From assembly GCF_000011805.1 (NCBI RefSeq), contig NC_006840.2: a stretch of DNA of 32,000 nucleotides. The stretch is one strand, 5' to 3'. Shown one piece after another: positions 9,515 through 19,622 of this stretch. Source of the stretch: Aliivibrio fischeri ES114. Lineage in GTDB: Bacteria > Pseudomonadota > Gammaproteobacteria > Enterobacterales > Vibrionaceae. The number at the start of each line of letters is the position of its first letter. Position 1 is the first letter of the stretch. The position numbers and the translations under genes are program-made. The notes below the pieces were generated by a model that saw only the letters and a program-made list of their open reading frames with translations, was not told the DNA's origin and searched no databases.

Positions 9515-9602
9515 AAATCCCTTTTATGAAATACTTAATATACGTACAAAAATATCATGAATTTTTAGCCTGATTTGTGAAGTGTTTTAAAATACGGCAA
9601 CT

Positions 9603-10946
9603 TTAATTCTCTATTTCCTGATAATGAGTTTTCACTCGTGCAATCGATATCAACAACTGCACTAATAACAAAATGCCCGTTACTCCTAAACCAATGCCAA
9701 TCCCTGCCCATATGCCACTTAATCCAAATATTGGCATTAAATACCAAGCAGCAGGTAAGCCACATACCCAGTAACCAATCGCGGTCATTACGGTAGGTAA
9801 GGAGACAATCTTCATTCCTCGTAATAAATTGATTGCCAACAATTGCCACGCGTCAACAACAAAACATAAAGCAACAACCCAGATTACCGAGGTAAGTAAA
9901 GCTGACATATTATTTTCACCATTATCTAACTGGAATAGATCCGCAATACTCTCTGGCCAAATGATAAAGACAGCAGCAATAAATACACTCATTACCGTAA
10001 CCAGTACAAAACTATGTTGTGACGTTTTCTTAATTCCATCCACATTGTTTGCACCAAAATCTCTTCCAACTAAGATTGCAGCAGCTTGCGAGAAACCAAA
10101 GTTAAAGTTCCAAGTAAAGCTCAAACATTGTAATAGGATTTGGTGCAAAGCTAATGAGGCAATACTAATGGTACCCGCCATTAAAGTACCACCATAAATC
10201 AATCCGTGTTCCAATAAGGCTGCAACAGCAATGGGTAATCCCATCACTAATAGAGGTGTAATCAACTTTATCGAGTACTCTTCTAGATTTAACCAAGGAG
10301 CAAACGGTTTGTACTCTTGTTGTTTAAAGACCCAAAGCCCATAACCTAGCATCACCATCAATGCAGCAACAGCGGTGCCTAACCCTAGCCCATACAATCC
10401 CATACCAAGCTGAAAAGTAAGTACATAACTAATAGGAACATTAAGAACAACCGTGATCACGGACATCACCATAATAGAACGAACATTGCCCAATGCGCTT
10501 GTTAAACCACGTAAAACCAACAGTATTAGTGACGGAAACATTGCCCACTTTAAAGCATCAACGTATTCCATCGCCAATGAAATCATTTCTTCTGGTTGTC
10601 CCGCTAAACGCAGCACGTTTGGAGCATAAGAAAAGGCAAATAATAAAATAACACTCAATATTACAGATAATAAAACCGCACCCTTTATAGCAAGTCTAAT
10701 TTGTTGATTCCCAAATTCAGGTCTCGCCAATCGTTGCCCATAAGCAATAGCAATCAAATTAGCGACGCAACCTACCGTGCTGCTTGCTACGATAAAAATA
10801 AAAAAGTAAACCGATGCCCCCAAGCCACCACCAGCTAATGCCGAAACACTTAATCGTGACATCATCCAAACATCAGTAAGAACTAACGCCATAGAAATCA
10901 ATTGAGAAACAATGAGAGGAAAAGCGAGCGTAAGAATTTTTTTCAT
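9603..10946 (-). CDS. MATE family efflux transporter
   Basis: 447 aa: LAFPLIVSQLISMALVLTDVWMMSRLSVSALAGGGLGASVYFFIFIVASSTVG...LPIAVAALLEHGLIYGGTLMAGTISIASLALHQILLQCLSFTWNFNFGFSQAAAILVGRDFGANN. Confidence 0.9.
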   Translation of the reverse strand: MKKILTLAFPLIVSQLISMALVLTDVWMMSRLSVSALAGGGLGASVYFFIFIVASSTVGCVANLIAIAYGQRLARPEFGNQQIRLAIKGAVLLSVILSVILLFAFSYAPNVLRLAGQPEEMISLAMEYVDALKWAMFPSLILLVLRGLTSALGNVRSIMVMSVITVVLNVPISYVLTFQLGMGLYGLGLGTAVAALMVMLGYGLWVFKQQEYKPFAPWLNLEEYSIKLITPLLVMGLPIAVAALLEHGLIYGGTLMAGTISIASLALHQILLQCLSFTWNFNFGFSQAAAILVGRDFGANNVDGIKKTSQHSFVLVTVMSVFIAAVFIIWPESIADLFQLDNGENNMSALLTSVIWVVALCFVVDAWQLLAINLLRGMKIVSLPTVMTAIGYWVCGLPAAWYLMPIFGLSGIWAGIGIGLGVTGILLLVQLLISIARVKTHYQEIEN

Positions 10947-11052
10947 AAAAAAGATAGATTAAATAATTTCACATCACGTTATCGTTTAAAAAAGTAGTAT
11001 TCAATTAATTAATCCGTCAGACTGGCATTCCAAAAACTCATGCGAGAATCTA

Positions 11053-12009
11053 ATGACACCCTATCCAACATTACCTTACTCACATAACGGCTTTAAAGCT
11101 TTTGAATCTGTTGCAAGGTTGATGAGTTTTACCTCAGCGGCAAATGAGCTTAATGTGACTCAAAGTGCAGTCAGCCGCCAAGTAAAGCAACTTGAAGATG
11201 ATCTCAACGCATCTCTAATCATACGCAAACACCGTTCGATTCAACTGACGACACAAGGTTTAGAACTGTATAAAACGTTACAGGATAACTTTACTTCCCT
11301 CGAATCAGTGATTTCATCTTGGCAAGACCCAAAGCCTAAACGTATTGTTATCAAAGCAGCATTAAGCTTTGCTACCCGTGCTCTCTTACCTAAAATCAAA
11401 GAAATGAATGAGAGATATTCAGATTATGAAATCGTCATCATTCCTTCTTTAGAAGAAGACGAAGCCCTCAATACCACTGATTATGATTTATTGATTTTCC
11501 ATACAAGGTTAAGGAATCATTACGATAATAAATCTAATTTTTCTCTGTTACGTGAAGAATTTATGGCACCGGTTTGTGCAACCAGCATTACTACAAAAGA
11601 CACGGTGTTAGATGATGTTCTTCAATTACCAAGGTTGCATCCTACAGTTGATCATCTCGATTGGATTACTTGGCTAAATAATGAAAAATATGTTCCCCAT
11701 CAAAAAGTGAGAAACACCAGTTTTCACTCATTAGATCTTGCATTAAGTGCGTGTTTGTCAGGTCAAGGCGCAACCGTAACTGATCTCTTATTGATCTTAC
11801 CGGAATTAGAAAGAAACTTTTATTACTGCCCAAGGCACACCACACTTCAACACAGCGCATGGGTATATTATATCCATCAACACACGCATTCTTCAGCGAT
11901 TAACGAGCTTATCGAATGGTTACAGCAAGAGGCAAAACGTGAGATTGAATCATTAAAATGTTTAGCTAAAACGCATCATTGGGGAGGAATTATTAACCAG
12001 ATTAATTAG
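11053..12009 (+). CDS. LysR-type transcriptional regulator (GcvA-like), divergent from the MATE gene
   Basis: HTH FKAFESVARLMSFTSAANELNVTQSAVSRQVKQLEDDLNASLIIRKHRSIQLTTQGLEL. Confidence 0.9.
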   Translation: MTPYPTLPYSHNGFKAFESVARLMSFTSAANELNVTQSAVSRQVKQLEDDLNASLIIRKHRSIQLTTQGLELYKTLQDNFTSLESVISSWQDPKPKRIVIKAALSFATRALLPKIKEMNERYSDYEIVIIPSLEEDEALNTTDYDLLIFHTRLRNHYDNKSNFSLLREEFMAPVCATSITTKDTVLDDVLQLPRLHPTVDHLDWITWLNNEKYVPHQKVRNTSFHSLDLALSACLSGQGATVTDLLLILPELERNFYYCPRHTTLQHSAWVYYIHQHTHSSAINELIEWLQQEAKREIESLKCLAKTHHWGGIINQIN

Positions 12010-12123
12010 GTAGATATTTATTGATAAAAAATAAATTTCAGAATACTCTGTAATGCTGCGTTGTTTTTACCGCACTAACTGATCATCAGTTTTAACATCG
12101 AATTCGATATAAAGGTAAAAAAT

Positions 12124-12921
12124 ATGAAATTCCCTAAAACTCTTCCTGAAACACACAAGGCTCTTCTTTCTACAATTGCTGATTCTTTTTCACAGGACAC
12201 AAGAATCGAAGGTATTGGTGTAAGTGGTTCATATGCATCTGACTCTATGGATAAATACAGTGATTTAGACCTTGTCATTGCTATTTCACCTACTCATTTT
12301 GAAGAAGTGATGTCATCGCGTTTTGAACTAATCAATAAAATAGAAGGAAAAGTCGCAGCTTTCACGGGTGAACATGTCGGAGAACCAAGACTTATCATTG
12401 CCTTGTTTAAACCTCATGCAATACATGTAGATTTTAAATTCGTTTCATTGCCTGATGCGGCAGTGCGAGTCGATGATACAAAAGTGATTTGGGATCGAAG
12501 TGGATTACTCACTAAAGTGTTTGATAACTCTACTCATCAATACCCTCAACCTTCTCCTCAATGGATAGAAGATCGTTTTTGGGTTTGGACTCATTATGCT
12601 GCAACCAAAATTGCGCGAGGCGAATACTTTGAAACTGTCGAATTTCTATCATTTTTAAGAAGTGTTGTTCTTTCACCATTAGCTTTGCAACAAAATGGAT
12701 TAACTCCATCTGGTGTGAGAAAAATAGAGCAACGCTTACCTGAATTTTCTCAACATTTAAAAGAGACCGTTGTTCCGCCTGAAAAAGACGCATTAATTAA
12801 TGCACTTCAATGTTGTATTTCGTTATATCTAAAATTAAGAGAAAACGAAATTGATGTAGATGTACAACTAGAAGCGCAACATCTTGCTCTGCATTATGTA
12901 GACCAAGAATTAATGAAATAA
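12124..12921 (+). CDS. Nucleotidyltransferase-fold protein (aminoglycoside adenylyltransferase-like superfamily)
   Basis: GIGVSGSYASDSMDKYSDLDLVIAI is the GS...DxD catalytic motif of polymerase-beta-like nucleotidyltransferases. Confidence 0.8.
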   Translation: MKFPKTLPETHKALLSTIADSFSQDTRIEGIGVSGSYASDSMDKYSDLDLVIAISPTHFEEVMSSRFELINKIEGKVAAFTGEHVGEPRLIIALFKPHAIHVDFKFVSLPDAAVRVDDTKVIWDRSGLLTKVFDNSTHQYPQPSPQWIEDRFWVWTHYAATKIARGEYFETVEFLSFLRSVVLSPLALQQNGLTPSGVRKIEQRLPEFSQHLKETVVPPEKDALINALQCCISLYLKLRENEIDVDVQLEAQHLALHYVDQELMK

Positions 12922-12932
12922 AGTGACAAGTT

Positions 12933-12957
12933 AAAGGGGGATATTTACCCCCTTTTT
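12933..12957. terminator. Bidirectional intrinsic terminator
   Basis: AAAGGGGG-ATATTTA-CCCCCTTTTT sits between the convergent genes at 12921 and 12959. Confidence 0.85.
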
Positions 12958-12958
12958 A

Positions 12959-13591
12959 TTACAACTCACTCTCTAGTTGAGTTAAGTAATCACGCATATA
13001 TTGAGTGCGTTTTTCGGCTTCAGCTACCGCAGATGTCGTTTTCATCGTATTCGCTAGTGTTAGCAACTTGGCATAAAAATGATCGATGGTATAAGCCTTA
13101 TCATTCGGCTCTCTATGATAACAAAATGGATCATCAATGGAGTAAAGTGGTGAATTTAATTTTGTACTGACTTGTAGGCAACGAGCGATGCCTATTGCCC
13201 CTAAAGCATCCAACCTATCTGCATCTTGAACGATCTTTGCTTCTAACGTTCTCGTTTCTACTTTAGCACTAAAACTATGAGCGACAATCGCATGGTGTAT
13301 CTCATCATAATACTCTGATGGATAGCCAATCTCCTTTAAAAATACCAACGCTTTATCCGCAGCAAATGCCGAGCTTTGAGAACGATTAGAATGATCTTTC
13401 GCAAAAGAAAAGCAATCATGTAAATAAGCTGCTGGAATAACCACCGCCTCTTTTCCCTTCTCTTCAACACATAAACGCTTTGCCATACTGACAACCCGCA
13501 ATACATGGTTAATATCATGCGCTAAGTCTTGAACCATCTCTTTTTGGATAAAACTCAAAAACTGAGGCTCAAAGTGTTCTATAGATTGCAT
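12959..13591 (-). CDS. HD-domain phosphohydrolase (YedJ-like)
   Basis: DINHVLRVVSMAKRLC...VIPAAYLHDCFSFAKDHSNRSQSSAFAADKALVFL...EIHHAIVAHSFSA...EAKIVQDADRLDALGAIGIARCLQV has the H...HD...D motifs. Confidence 0.87.
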   Translation of the reverse strand: MQSIEHFEPQFLSFIQKEMVQDLAHDINHVLRVVSMAKRLCVEEKGKEAVVIPAAYLHDCFSFAKDHSNRSQSSAFAADKALVFLKEIGYPSEYYDEIHHAIVAHSFSAKVETRTLEAKIVQDADRLDALGAIGIARCLQVSTKLNSPLYSIDDPFCYHREPNDKAYTIDHFYAKLLTLANTMKTTSAVAEAEKRTQYMRDYLTQLESEL

Positions 13592-14247
13592 TGTTGTTTC
13601 TCCAACTTAAGCTCAGCCGATACTTTGGTCACTCGAACTGAAATCGCAATACAAATTAAATAAGGGCTTAAATACCAGAATATCTCTTCAAGTGGGTGCT
13701 TCTTCGTTTCTTGTAGTGTGGTCTCATAAACCTGTTTTTGAGTTTTATAATTATCAAACATACCACGCAACCAAATCACATCGGATTCAATAATGCTTTG
13801 GCTAAACGTAATTGGCGGTAGACTTTCAAATCCAATATTGGGTAAATCATTAAATCGAACAGATTCTAAATATTTTGCTGAATCAAGAAACCAAGAACAC
13901 GATTGTTTTGATACAAGATCATCCTCTACCCCCGTCGCTCCAGAGCACAAATAGCTTTTTAATTGATTAACGGTATAACTATTAATGGATTCTAGGCTGG
14001 TTACTGCTCGTGTGTGTTCAGTTTCAGCCCAATCGGTAGCAACTCTTGAGCGAACCTCTGAGACCGTCCCCATCAACCCAATAGCGGCAACCAAAGGCCA
14101 AAGGTAATCCACTTTCTTCCATTGGATCTTCGTTAAATTTTTACCACACCATAATGGAATATGAAGAAACCCAGTCAGCAGCAATGTCATAAAGAAAAAG
14201 AAAGTCGAATGCGCAAGAATAATCTCACTACTAAAAAAACTATCCAT
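13579..14247 (-). CDS. Conserved-looking inner-membrane protein of unknown function
   Basis: 222 aa ORF with predicted TM segments STFFFFMTLLLTGFLHIPLW, LWPLVAAIGLMGTVS and ISPYLICIAISVRVT. It overlaps the HD gene by 13 bp. Confidence 0.7.
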   Translation of the reverse strand: MDSFFSSEIILAHSTFFFFMTLLLTGFLHIPLWCGKNLTKIQWKKVDYLWPLVAAIGLMGTVSEVRSRVATDWAETEHTRAVTSLESINSYTVNQLKSYLCSGATGVEDDLVSKQSCSWFLDSAKYLESVRFNDLPNIGFESLPPITFSQSIIESDVIWLRGMFDNYKTQKQVYETTLQETKKHPLEEIFWYLSPYLICIAISVRVTKVSAELKLEKQQCNL

Positions 14248-14392
14248 AACTACCTAAATATGTTCATTTTTCTAAATATACAATCCAAAAAATAAGTAAT
14301 GGTGCCAGAATATGACACCATTACTTAAATAAAACTCAGTGATTTAGCCGAAAGTATTTAATTCAAAAAAATCCTTTCGCAAATAGCCCACA

Positions 14393-14938
14393 CTAAACGG
14401 ATTTGATGACTCTACAAGGATTACCCACCGCAACGCTATTATCAGGAATATCTCGGTTAACAACGCTTCCAGCGCCTATCACACAATTATTTCCAATACG
14501 TACACCTGGAAGAACGGATACATTTCCTCCTAGCCATACGTCATTACCAATAGAAATACTCGCCCCGAACTCCGTTTTTTGTCGCTCGATAGGATCAATC
14601 GGATGCGTACCAGTAGAAATCATCACATGTGGCCCAAACAGCACATTGTTTCCAATAGTAACCTTACATACATCCACAATCGTCAAATTATGGTTAGAAT
14701 AAAAATTACTTCCAATTTCAATGTTATAACCATAATCACAAAAGAAATTTGGCTCTATATGTGCTTTGTCCTTTATACACAGCAACTCACTTAAAATGGC
14801 CATTCTTTCATCAAGCTTAGTTGGGTCAGCTAAATTAAATTGGTGGCAAATCGCTTTGGCATTCATACGATCATTTAATAGCGTTTCTTCCCAAGCATCA
14901 TAAGGAAGCCCTGCTAACATTTTCTCTTTTTCAGTCAT
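14393..14938 (-). CDS. maa: Maltose O-acetyltransferase-like protein
   Basis: MTEKEKMLAGLPYDAWEETLLNDRMNAKAICHQFN (Mac domain), then hexapeptide repeats ...NNVLFGPHVMISTGTHPIDPIER...[52 protein letters not shown]. The start was moved to the internal ATG at 14938. Confidence 0.88.
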   Translation of the reverse strand: MTEKEKMLAGLPYDAWEETLLNDRMNAKAICHQFNLADPTKLDERMAILSELLCIKDKAHIEPNFFCDYGYNIEIGSNFYSNHNLTIVDVCKVTIGNNVLFGPHVMISTGTHPIDPIERQKTEFGASISIGNDVWLGGNVSVLPGVRIGNNCVIGAGSVVNRDIPDNSVAVGNPCRVIKSV

Positions 14939-15049
14939 TGAAACCTCAATACATAAAACAACTGAGGCTCTTATACCTATCTTCCACCACACATTCTGCT
15001 AGAAAGATCACTAATTTACGCTCTTTACTAAAAGTTTACACAGCCCTCA

Positions 15050-15679
15050 TCAATTTCGGCTAGCGGTAGACAATAAAGCCCCTGCTCCGACAAAAACAGT
15101 TCCGCTTAATTTGTTGAACCATTTAGCACGCCCTTTAACCATTAGCCAACGAGACGATGTAGAACCTAGATACGCATAAAACAGTAACCAAGAAAGCTCT
15201 AATACAATAAATGTACTCGCAAATATCAGGTATTGAGGAACGAGAACCGCAGATGGATCAATAAATTGAGGAAACAGAGCAGTAAAAAACAAAATCGCTT
15301 TAGGGTTACTGGCACCAACAATAAAACCACTTACAAAATGCGCTTTAAATCCTGTTTTAATCTCTGTATTTTCAGCCGTTGATGTATAACTTTCTTGTTT
15401 TGATAAAAAGGCTTTTATTCCCATATAAACGAGGTATGTCGCACCAATCCACTTAATGATTGTAAATACCAATTCAGATGAAGCGATAACAACCCCAAGC
15501 CCAGTAAAAGAAAGTGACAGGATAATAGTGATGGCACTTAAGCTACCTAACGCCGTAAAAAAACCGTGTTTCCATCCATGCGTCACCCCTTTTGTCATGC
15601 ATAATAATGAACTGGGCCCGGGTGAAGCCGTAAGAACCAAGACCGCTAACACATAATAAATCCATATTTCTAACGCCAT
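15050..15679 (-). CDS. LysE/RhtB family amino-acid exporter
   Basis: VLVLTASPGPSSLLCMTKGVTHGWKHGFFTALGSLSAI...FVSGFIVGASNPKAILFFTALFPQFI. Confidence 0.88.
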   Translation of the reverse strand: MALEIWIYYVLAVLVLTASPGPSSLLCMTKGVTHGWKHGFFTALGSLSAITIILSLSFTGLGVVIASSELVFTIIKWIGATYLVYMGIKAFLSKQESYTSTAENTEIKTGFKAHFVSGFIVGASNPKAILFFTALFPQFIDPSAVLVPQYLIFASTFIVLELSWLLFYAYLGSTSSRWLMVKGRAKWFNKLSGTVFVGAGALLSTASRN

Positions 15680-15872
15680 AATAGAATCTCCTTATTCCAT
15701 TTTTTTATCCATAAAGGATCTATTAAAGCGTATATATGGAATTTTACAAATCACGCATCCCGCTCATCTTGCTTTAACGATTTAGAGATACCCAATAGTC
15801 AGCTAAAACTGATTGCAAATTACGTATAAAAATCTACTATCTAGCCATATTTCAAGTGATAAGGCTCTTTCT

Positions 15873-16331
15873 ATGATTGATCGTATCTATAATGCTTATC
15901 AAGGCGAAGTGTATGGCATTGTTTTTTTTACTTACTTCTCCGAACACTACTCTATGCTCAGCAAAAACGAGTTATGGAACACGTTAATTAACGTTGAGGT
16001 TCTAACAGCACAACTACTAGAACAGACACTCACAAGACATAGCGTCCAGTTTGATATCAAAGATCAAGCGATGTTAGTAAAAGGCGCTTCTGATGCAAAA
16101 AAATGGATTCATTTAGAATGGAATGCATTAGTGAATACGTTGACTCACTGGGTAGAACCTTATGAAGTGAAATACCGAGAATGGGCAGCAGAAGCCACAG
16201 AAGAAATGGAGGCGTTTCAACTCATTGCTGATCATGAAACCGCTATTTATGAGTGTTGGAAAGCAGAGCTTAATCAACAATCAGGATTACCTATTCTGCT
16301 CTCTTTTATTGAAAAATATCGTCAGCGATAA
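15873..16331 (+). CDS. Hypothetical protein (~152 aa)
   Basis: The ATG at 15873 with AAGG at 15861-15864 is a more plausible start than the TTG at 15813 in the ORF track. Product MIDRIYNAYQGEVYGIVFFTYFSEHYSMLSKNELWNTLINVEVLTAQLLEQTL... appears soluble and helical. Confidence 0.65.
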   Translation: MIDRIYNAYQGEVYGIVFFTYFSEHYSMLSKNELWNTLINVEVLTAQLLEQTLTRHSVQFDIKDQAMLVKGASDAKKWIHLEWNALVNTLTHWVEPYEVKYREWAAEATEEMEAFQLIADHETAIYECWKAELNQQSGLPILLSFIEKYRQR

Positions 16332-16380
16332 ATTAGCTAAACGTATTTAGGCTTTATCACTCGATAAAGCCTTCTTTACC

Positions 16381-16650
16381 TTACTGATTATTATCCCCTA
16401 ATAGGATATCTGAAAGTTTGCTTCCAATACTAAAACAAGCAATAAGCACAACTGAAATGATTAGTAGAGAAACGACATACCCCATAACAACAGATAAGCC
16501 AAATCCCCATACCACTGAAAACACTAGCCCTTGAAAGGCTTCATACGGCCATTCATAAACGGGAAAATGTGAGCCTCCCGCTAATAACCAGATAATCCCA
16601 GCTAAACCTAGCAAGGACGCCAACAACCCAAATAAAGTTGCTCTTTTCAT
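16381..16650 (-). CDS. Small membrane protein of unknown function
   Basis: 89 aa with 2-3 hydrophobic segments (FGLLASLLGLAGIIWLL, VFSVVWGFGLSVVMGYVVSLLIISVVLIACF). Confidence 0.65.
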   Translation of the reverse strand: MKRATLFGLLASLLGLAGIIWLLAGGSHFPVYEWPYEAFQGLVFSVVWGFGLSVVMGYVVSLLIISVVLIACFSIGSKLSDILLGDNNQ

Positions 16651-16803
16651 TTTTCTTTCTCAGCACAAAATCGAAGATACTAATTTACCGCATAACTTCA
16701 AATTATCAGAGCTTTTTAAACGATTTAGATTGATGAGAAAGACACCAAAGCCTACAGTAGAAACGATATATTGATATGTTCAATCGTTGTTTTGGAGAAC
16801 ATC

Positions 16804-17565
16804 ATGAAACTGATCTTAAATGCTGATGATTTTGGTTTATCAGAAAGTGTAAATAACGGCATTGTTGAATGTTTTCAATCAGGCACAGTAAAATCAACAA
16901 CCGTTATGATGAATCAAGACGGCATCGATCATGCCATTCAACTCTATAAACAAGGTTTGGTACCCGACATTGGTTTGCATTTTACGGTGACCGCAGGCAA
17001 ACCCTTATCCAATCCAGAAGATGTGCCTAGCTTAATTGATGAGGATGGATATTTCCTCAATAGACAAACACTCATAACCAAACAGGTTTGCGAAGACGAA
17101 GTCTATTTAGAACTGAATACACAATATCAAGCGGCACTTAATGCAGGCTTTAATATCAATCACATTGATAGCCACCACTTTGCAGGTGTTTACCCGCCAT
17201 TAAAAAATGCGTTTATTCGCTTTGCTAATGACATTAACCTACCCGTGCGTAGAGTTGATAACATCGTTGCAGGTCAAGATACACTGACAGTGCCGACCCC
17301 AGATGCACTTGATATGCGCTTCTTTGATAGTGGCGCAACATTCGAAAATTTAAAAGCCATTCTTTTAGAATACAAACTCATGCACCCTAATGGTATCGTT
17401 GAGTTAATGTGTCATCCAAGCAGTGATAACACAAATGATCTTATTGAATTAAGCAGTTATAGTGAAATGCGCAGTATTGAAAGAAATATTCTAACCTCAC
17501 CTGAGTTATCTCATTGGCTAGAAGAACAAGACATTGAGTGTGTGGGATTTAATTATCTAAATTAA
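16804..17565 (+). CDS. chbG: ChbG/YdjC-family chitooligosaccharide deacetylase
   Basis: MKLILNADDFGLSESVNNGIVECFQSGTVKSTTVMMN...DIGLHFTVTAGKPL...HIDSHHFAGVYPPLKNAFIRFAND...VELMCHPSS. The start was moved to the ATG at 16804. Confidence 0.88.
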   Translation: MKLILNADDFGLSESVNNGIVECFQSGTVKSTTVMMNQDGIDHAIQLYKQGLVPDIGLHFTVTAGKPLSNPEDVPSLIDEDGYFLNRQTLITKQVCEDEVYLELNTQYQAALNAGFNINHIDSHHFAGVYPPLKNAFIRFANDINLPVRRVDNIVAGQDTLTVPTPDALDMRFFDSGATFENLKAILLEYKLMHPNGIVELMCHPSSDNTNDLIELSSYSEMRSIERNILTSPELSHWLEEQDIECVGFNYLN

Positions 17566-17572
17566 GCACAAC

Positions 17573-17887
17573 CTAACGATAAAAAACAGCAAGCCACACT
17601 GTCGTCTCATTTGGTGCTGTGGCTTGCACCTTATGTTTTTCGTGCGCTTTAATATTAAGGTAATCCCCTTTATTTAGGGTAACAACACGCCCATCATCAA
17701 ACTCTATAACACCAAAACCAGATAAAACTAACACCCATTCGTTTTCATCTTGATCATACCAACCTTGTTCAGGGGAACTATGTCCATAAGATAAAATCCG
17801 TTCAATACGAATATTGGAGGTAGATAAAATATCTTCAAAGATCTCACTAGGTAACTCGTTTGGTATACCTGTAAACAAATTCGGCAT
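17573..17887 (-). CDS. Cupin domain protein
   Basis: ERILSYGHSSPEQGWYDQDENEWVLVLSGFGVIEFDDGRVVTLNKGDYLNIKAHEKHKVQ. Confidence 0.8.
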   Translation of the reverse strand: MPNLFTGIPNELPSEIFEDILSTSNIRIERILSYGHSSPEQGWYDQDENEWVLVLSGFGVIEFDDGRVVTLNKGDYLNIKAHEKHKVQATAPNETTVWLAVFYR

Positions 17888-18393
17888 TAATCTTCTCCAA
17901 TTAATTCATGATTCAATTGCGTAGATATCGCTTCAAATTTATCTAGGATCTGTTTATAGCCATATTCTGAAGGCAATTCCCAATCGTGACAGCCTGAAAG
18001 ACTTGGTACCCCGGGCAAAAGCTTAAGTTGTAGCCGAGCTTTGTTGTCTCTCGCCATAAAACGAAAATCATACGCTGAGTAACAATATAAAGGCGTTGTC
18101 GGTGATATTTTCCACTTCACAATCCCTTTGCCAATAAATGACGCGTTAGCACGATCCATTACCCTGATCTCTGTTTGGTGCTGTTCATAATGATTCATCA
18201 AGTACTGGTGGGTTATCTCCCACAATTCATTCTGATTTTTATTCAGATCAGAGTAAGTATACATTTGAGCTTTTACATTAACGGGATCGATCTGCATAGT
18301 TAGTGGATCTGATGAGCTACACCCATTTAAAAACAATACAAAAACAGACATCATAATGTGTCTTTTTAGAATGATTACGCTCTGATTTTTCAC
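17887..18393 (-). CDS. Putative lipoprotein of unknown function
   Basis: N-terminal MMSVFVLFLNGCSSS matches a lipobox (L-N-G-C). Confidence 0.65.
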   Translation of the reverse strand: MKNQSVIILKRHIMMSVFVLFLNGCSSSDPLTMQIDPVNVKAQMYTYSDLNKNQNELWEITHQYLMNHYEQHQTEIRVMDRANASFIGKGIVKWKISPTTPLYCYSAYDFRFMARDNKARLQLKLLPGVPSLSGCHDWELPSEYGYKQILDKFEAISTQLNHELIGED

Positions 18394-18414
18394 AATAATT
18401 ACTACTCAAATTAA

Positions 18415-18882
18415 TTATAAAATTTGTCTTTCCATTACATAGTTGATTAACTGCTCGCCTCTCACATCAATACATTGAGGTTTAACAACCGTAAAACCAA
18501 AACGCTCATAAAAAGGTTTTGCTGTAATACTGACATGAGAATACACACGAGGCAGTTTTCGCTCTTTTGCAAGCTCAAGAATATGTGTCATTAAAGCACT
18601 ACCAACCCCTTTTCCTTGATGTTGGTAATGACAAAAGAAATGATCTATCAATCCATCGTCTTGCAAGTCTGAATAACCGACAATCACACCGTCTATCTCT
18701 GCAATAAAAGGATTCAACGATTGCATTTTGTTCTTCCAAACATCGGTATCAAAAGATTCAGGAGCCCAAGCAGTCACTTGCTCATTAGAATAATCTTTAC
18801 GATTTACTTTTCGTACCGTATTAAAAAACACATCCCACAAAGCTGATGCATTCTCTTCCTGATATGTTTTGATAACTATCAT
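18415..18882 (-). CDS. GNAT family N-acetyltransferase
   Basis: FIAEIDGVIVGYSDLQDDGLIDHFFCHYQHQGKGVGSALMTHILELAKERKLPRVYSHVSITAKPFYERFGF. Confidence 0.88.
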   Translation of the reverse strand: MIVIKTYQEENASALWDVFFNTVRKVNRKDYSNEQVTAWAPESFDTDVWKNKMQSLNPFIAEIDGVIVGYSDLQDDGLIDHFFCHYQHQGKGVGSALMTHILELAKERKLPRVYSHVSITAKPFYERFGFTVVKPQCIDVRGEQLINYVMERQIL

Positions 18883-19418
18883 TGATGGTTATCTTTTATT
18901 AAACCATAAATAGCATGGTCAATAATGCGGCCATTCAAGTTCTCACTGCTGGTGATAATCCCTTCTAATGTCATTCCGAGTCGTTCGCAGACCGCTCGGC
19001 TTGGTTGGTTATCTACCGCAGCAGATATTTGAATCTTATTTAGACCTAGTTCATTAAACGCCATATCAATAAGTTTAGATACACAACGAGTGATGATCCC
19101 TTTTCCTTGAAAATCCTCATTTAACCAATAACCAATTTCTGCCGTTTTCAGGTTTTGATTAATCGAATTAAAACTGATATTCCCAACTAATTCACCCTGA
19201 TAAATCATGCCGCAAACCATGCTTTTTCCTTCAGCATAATCTAATAAAGATTTAGTTATAAAAGAATGGAAGAAAACCTCTGAATCAGCATGTGGTGGCC
19301 AAGCCAACCATTGAGATAGATACGCTCGTTGCCTTGATACAATATCGAAGTACTTAGGCGCAAAAGAAGGTTCAATGAGGGCTAGATTTAATTCGTTATC
19401 CACTTTTAACGTAAACAT
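18879..19418 (-). CDS. GNAT family N-acetyltransferase (RimJ/RimL-type)
   Basis: GNISFNSINQNLKTAEIGYWLNEDFQGKGIITRCVSKLIDMAFNELGLNKIQISAAVDNQPSRAVCERLGMTLEGI. It overlaps the next GNAT gene by 4 bp, suggesting translational coupling. Confidence 0.88.
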   Translation of the reverse strand: MFTLKVDNELNLALIEPSFAPKYFDIVSRQRAYLSQWLAWPPHADSEVFFHSFITKSLLDYAEGKSMVCGMIYQGELVGNISFNSINQNLKTAEIGYWLNEDFQGKGIITRCVSKLIDMAFNELGLNKIQISAAVDNQPSRAVCERLGMTLEGIITSSENLNGRIIDHAIYGLIKDNHQ

Positions 19419-19459
19419 GGTGAGTTACCTTCCATTGGTCTTACTCTCTTTAAGAGATT

Positions 19460-19591
19460 TCAACATAAAAAATCACACGCAACACGGTTTGCCATTGTTG
19501 GTTGATCCCAAGCACCGCATAAATCCTTTGAATTATTTGGCGTACGAGTAAACTGACGACACTGTCCGCATTTATAAATTTTCCCATCCAT
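19460..19591 (-). CDS. 43-aa Cys-containing small protein, not in the supplied ORF track
   Basis: MDGKIYKCGQCRQFTRTPNNSKDLCGAWDQPTMANRVACDFLC* with RBS-like GAGG upstream (gatGAGGataaccta ATG). It lies between PhnA and the GNAT genes. Confidence 0.5.
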   Translation of the reverse strand: MDGKIYKCGQCRQFTRTPNNSKDLCGAWDQPTMANRVACDFLC

Positions 19592-19622
19592 TAGGTTATC
19601 CTCATCCCTGATTAGTTAGGCT

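Noticed and set aside
9829-10197. 122-aa plus-strand ORF
   Set aside because: Antisense to a well-supported MATE transporter, with no recognisable domain.
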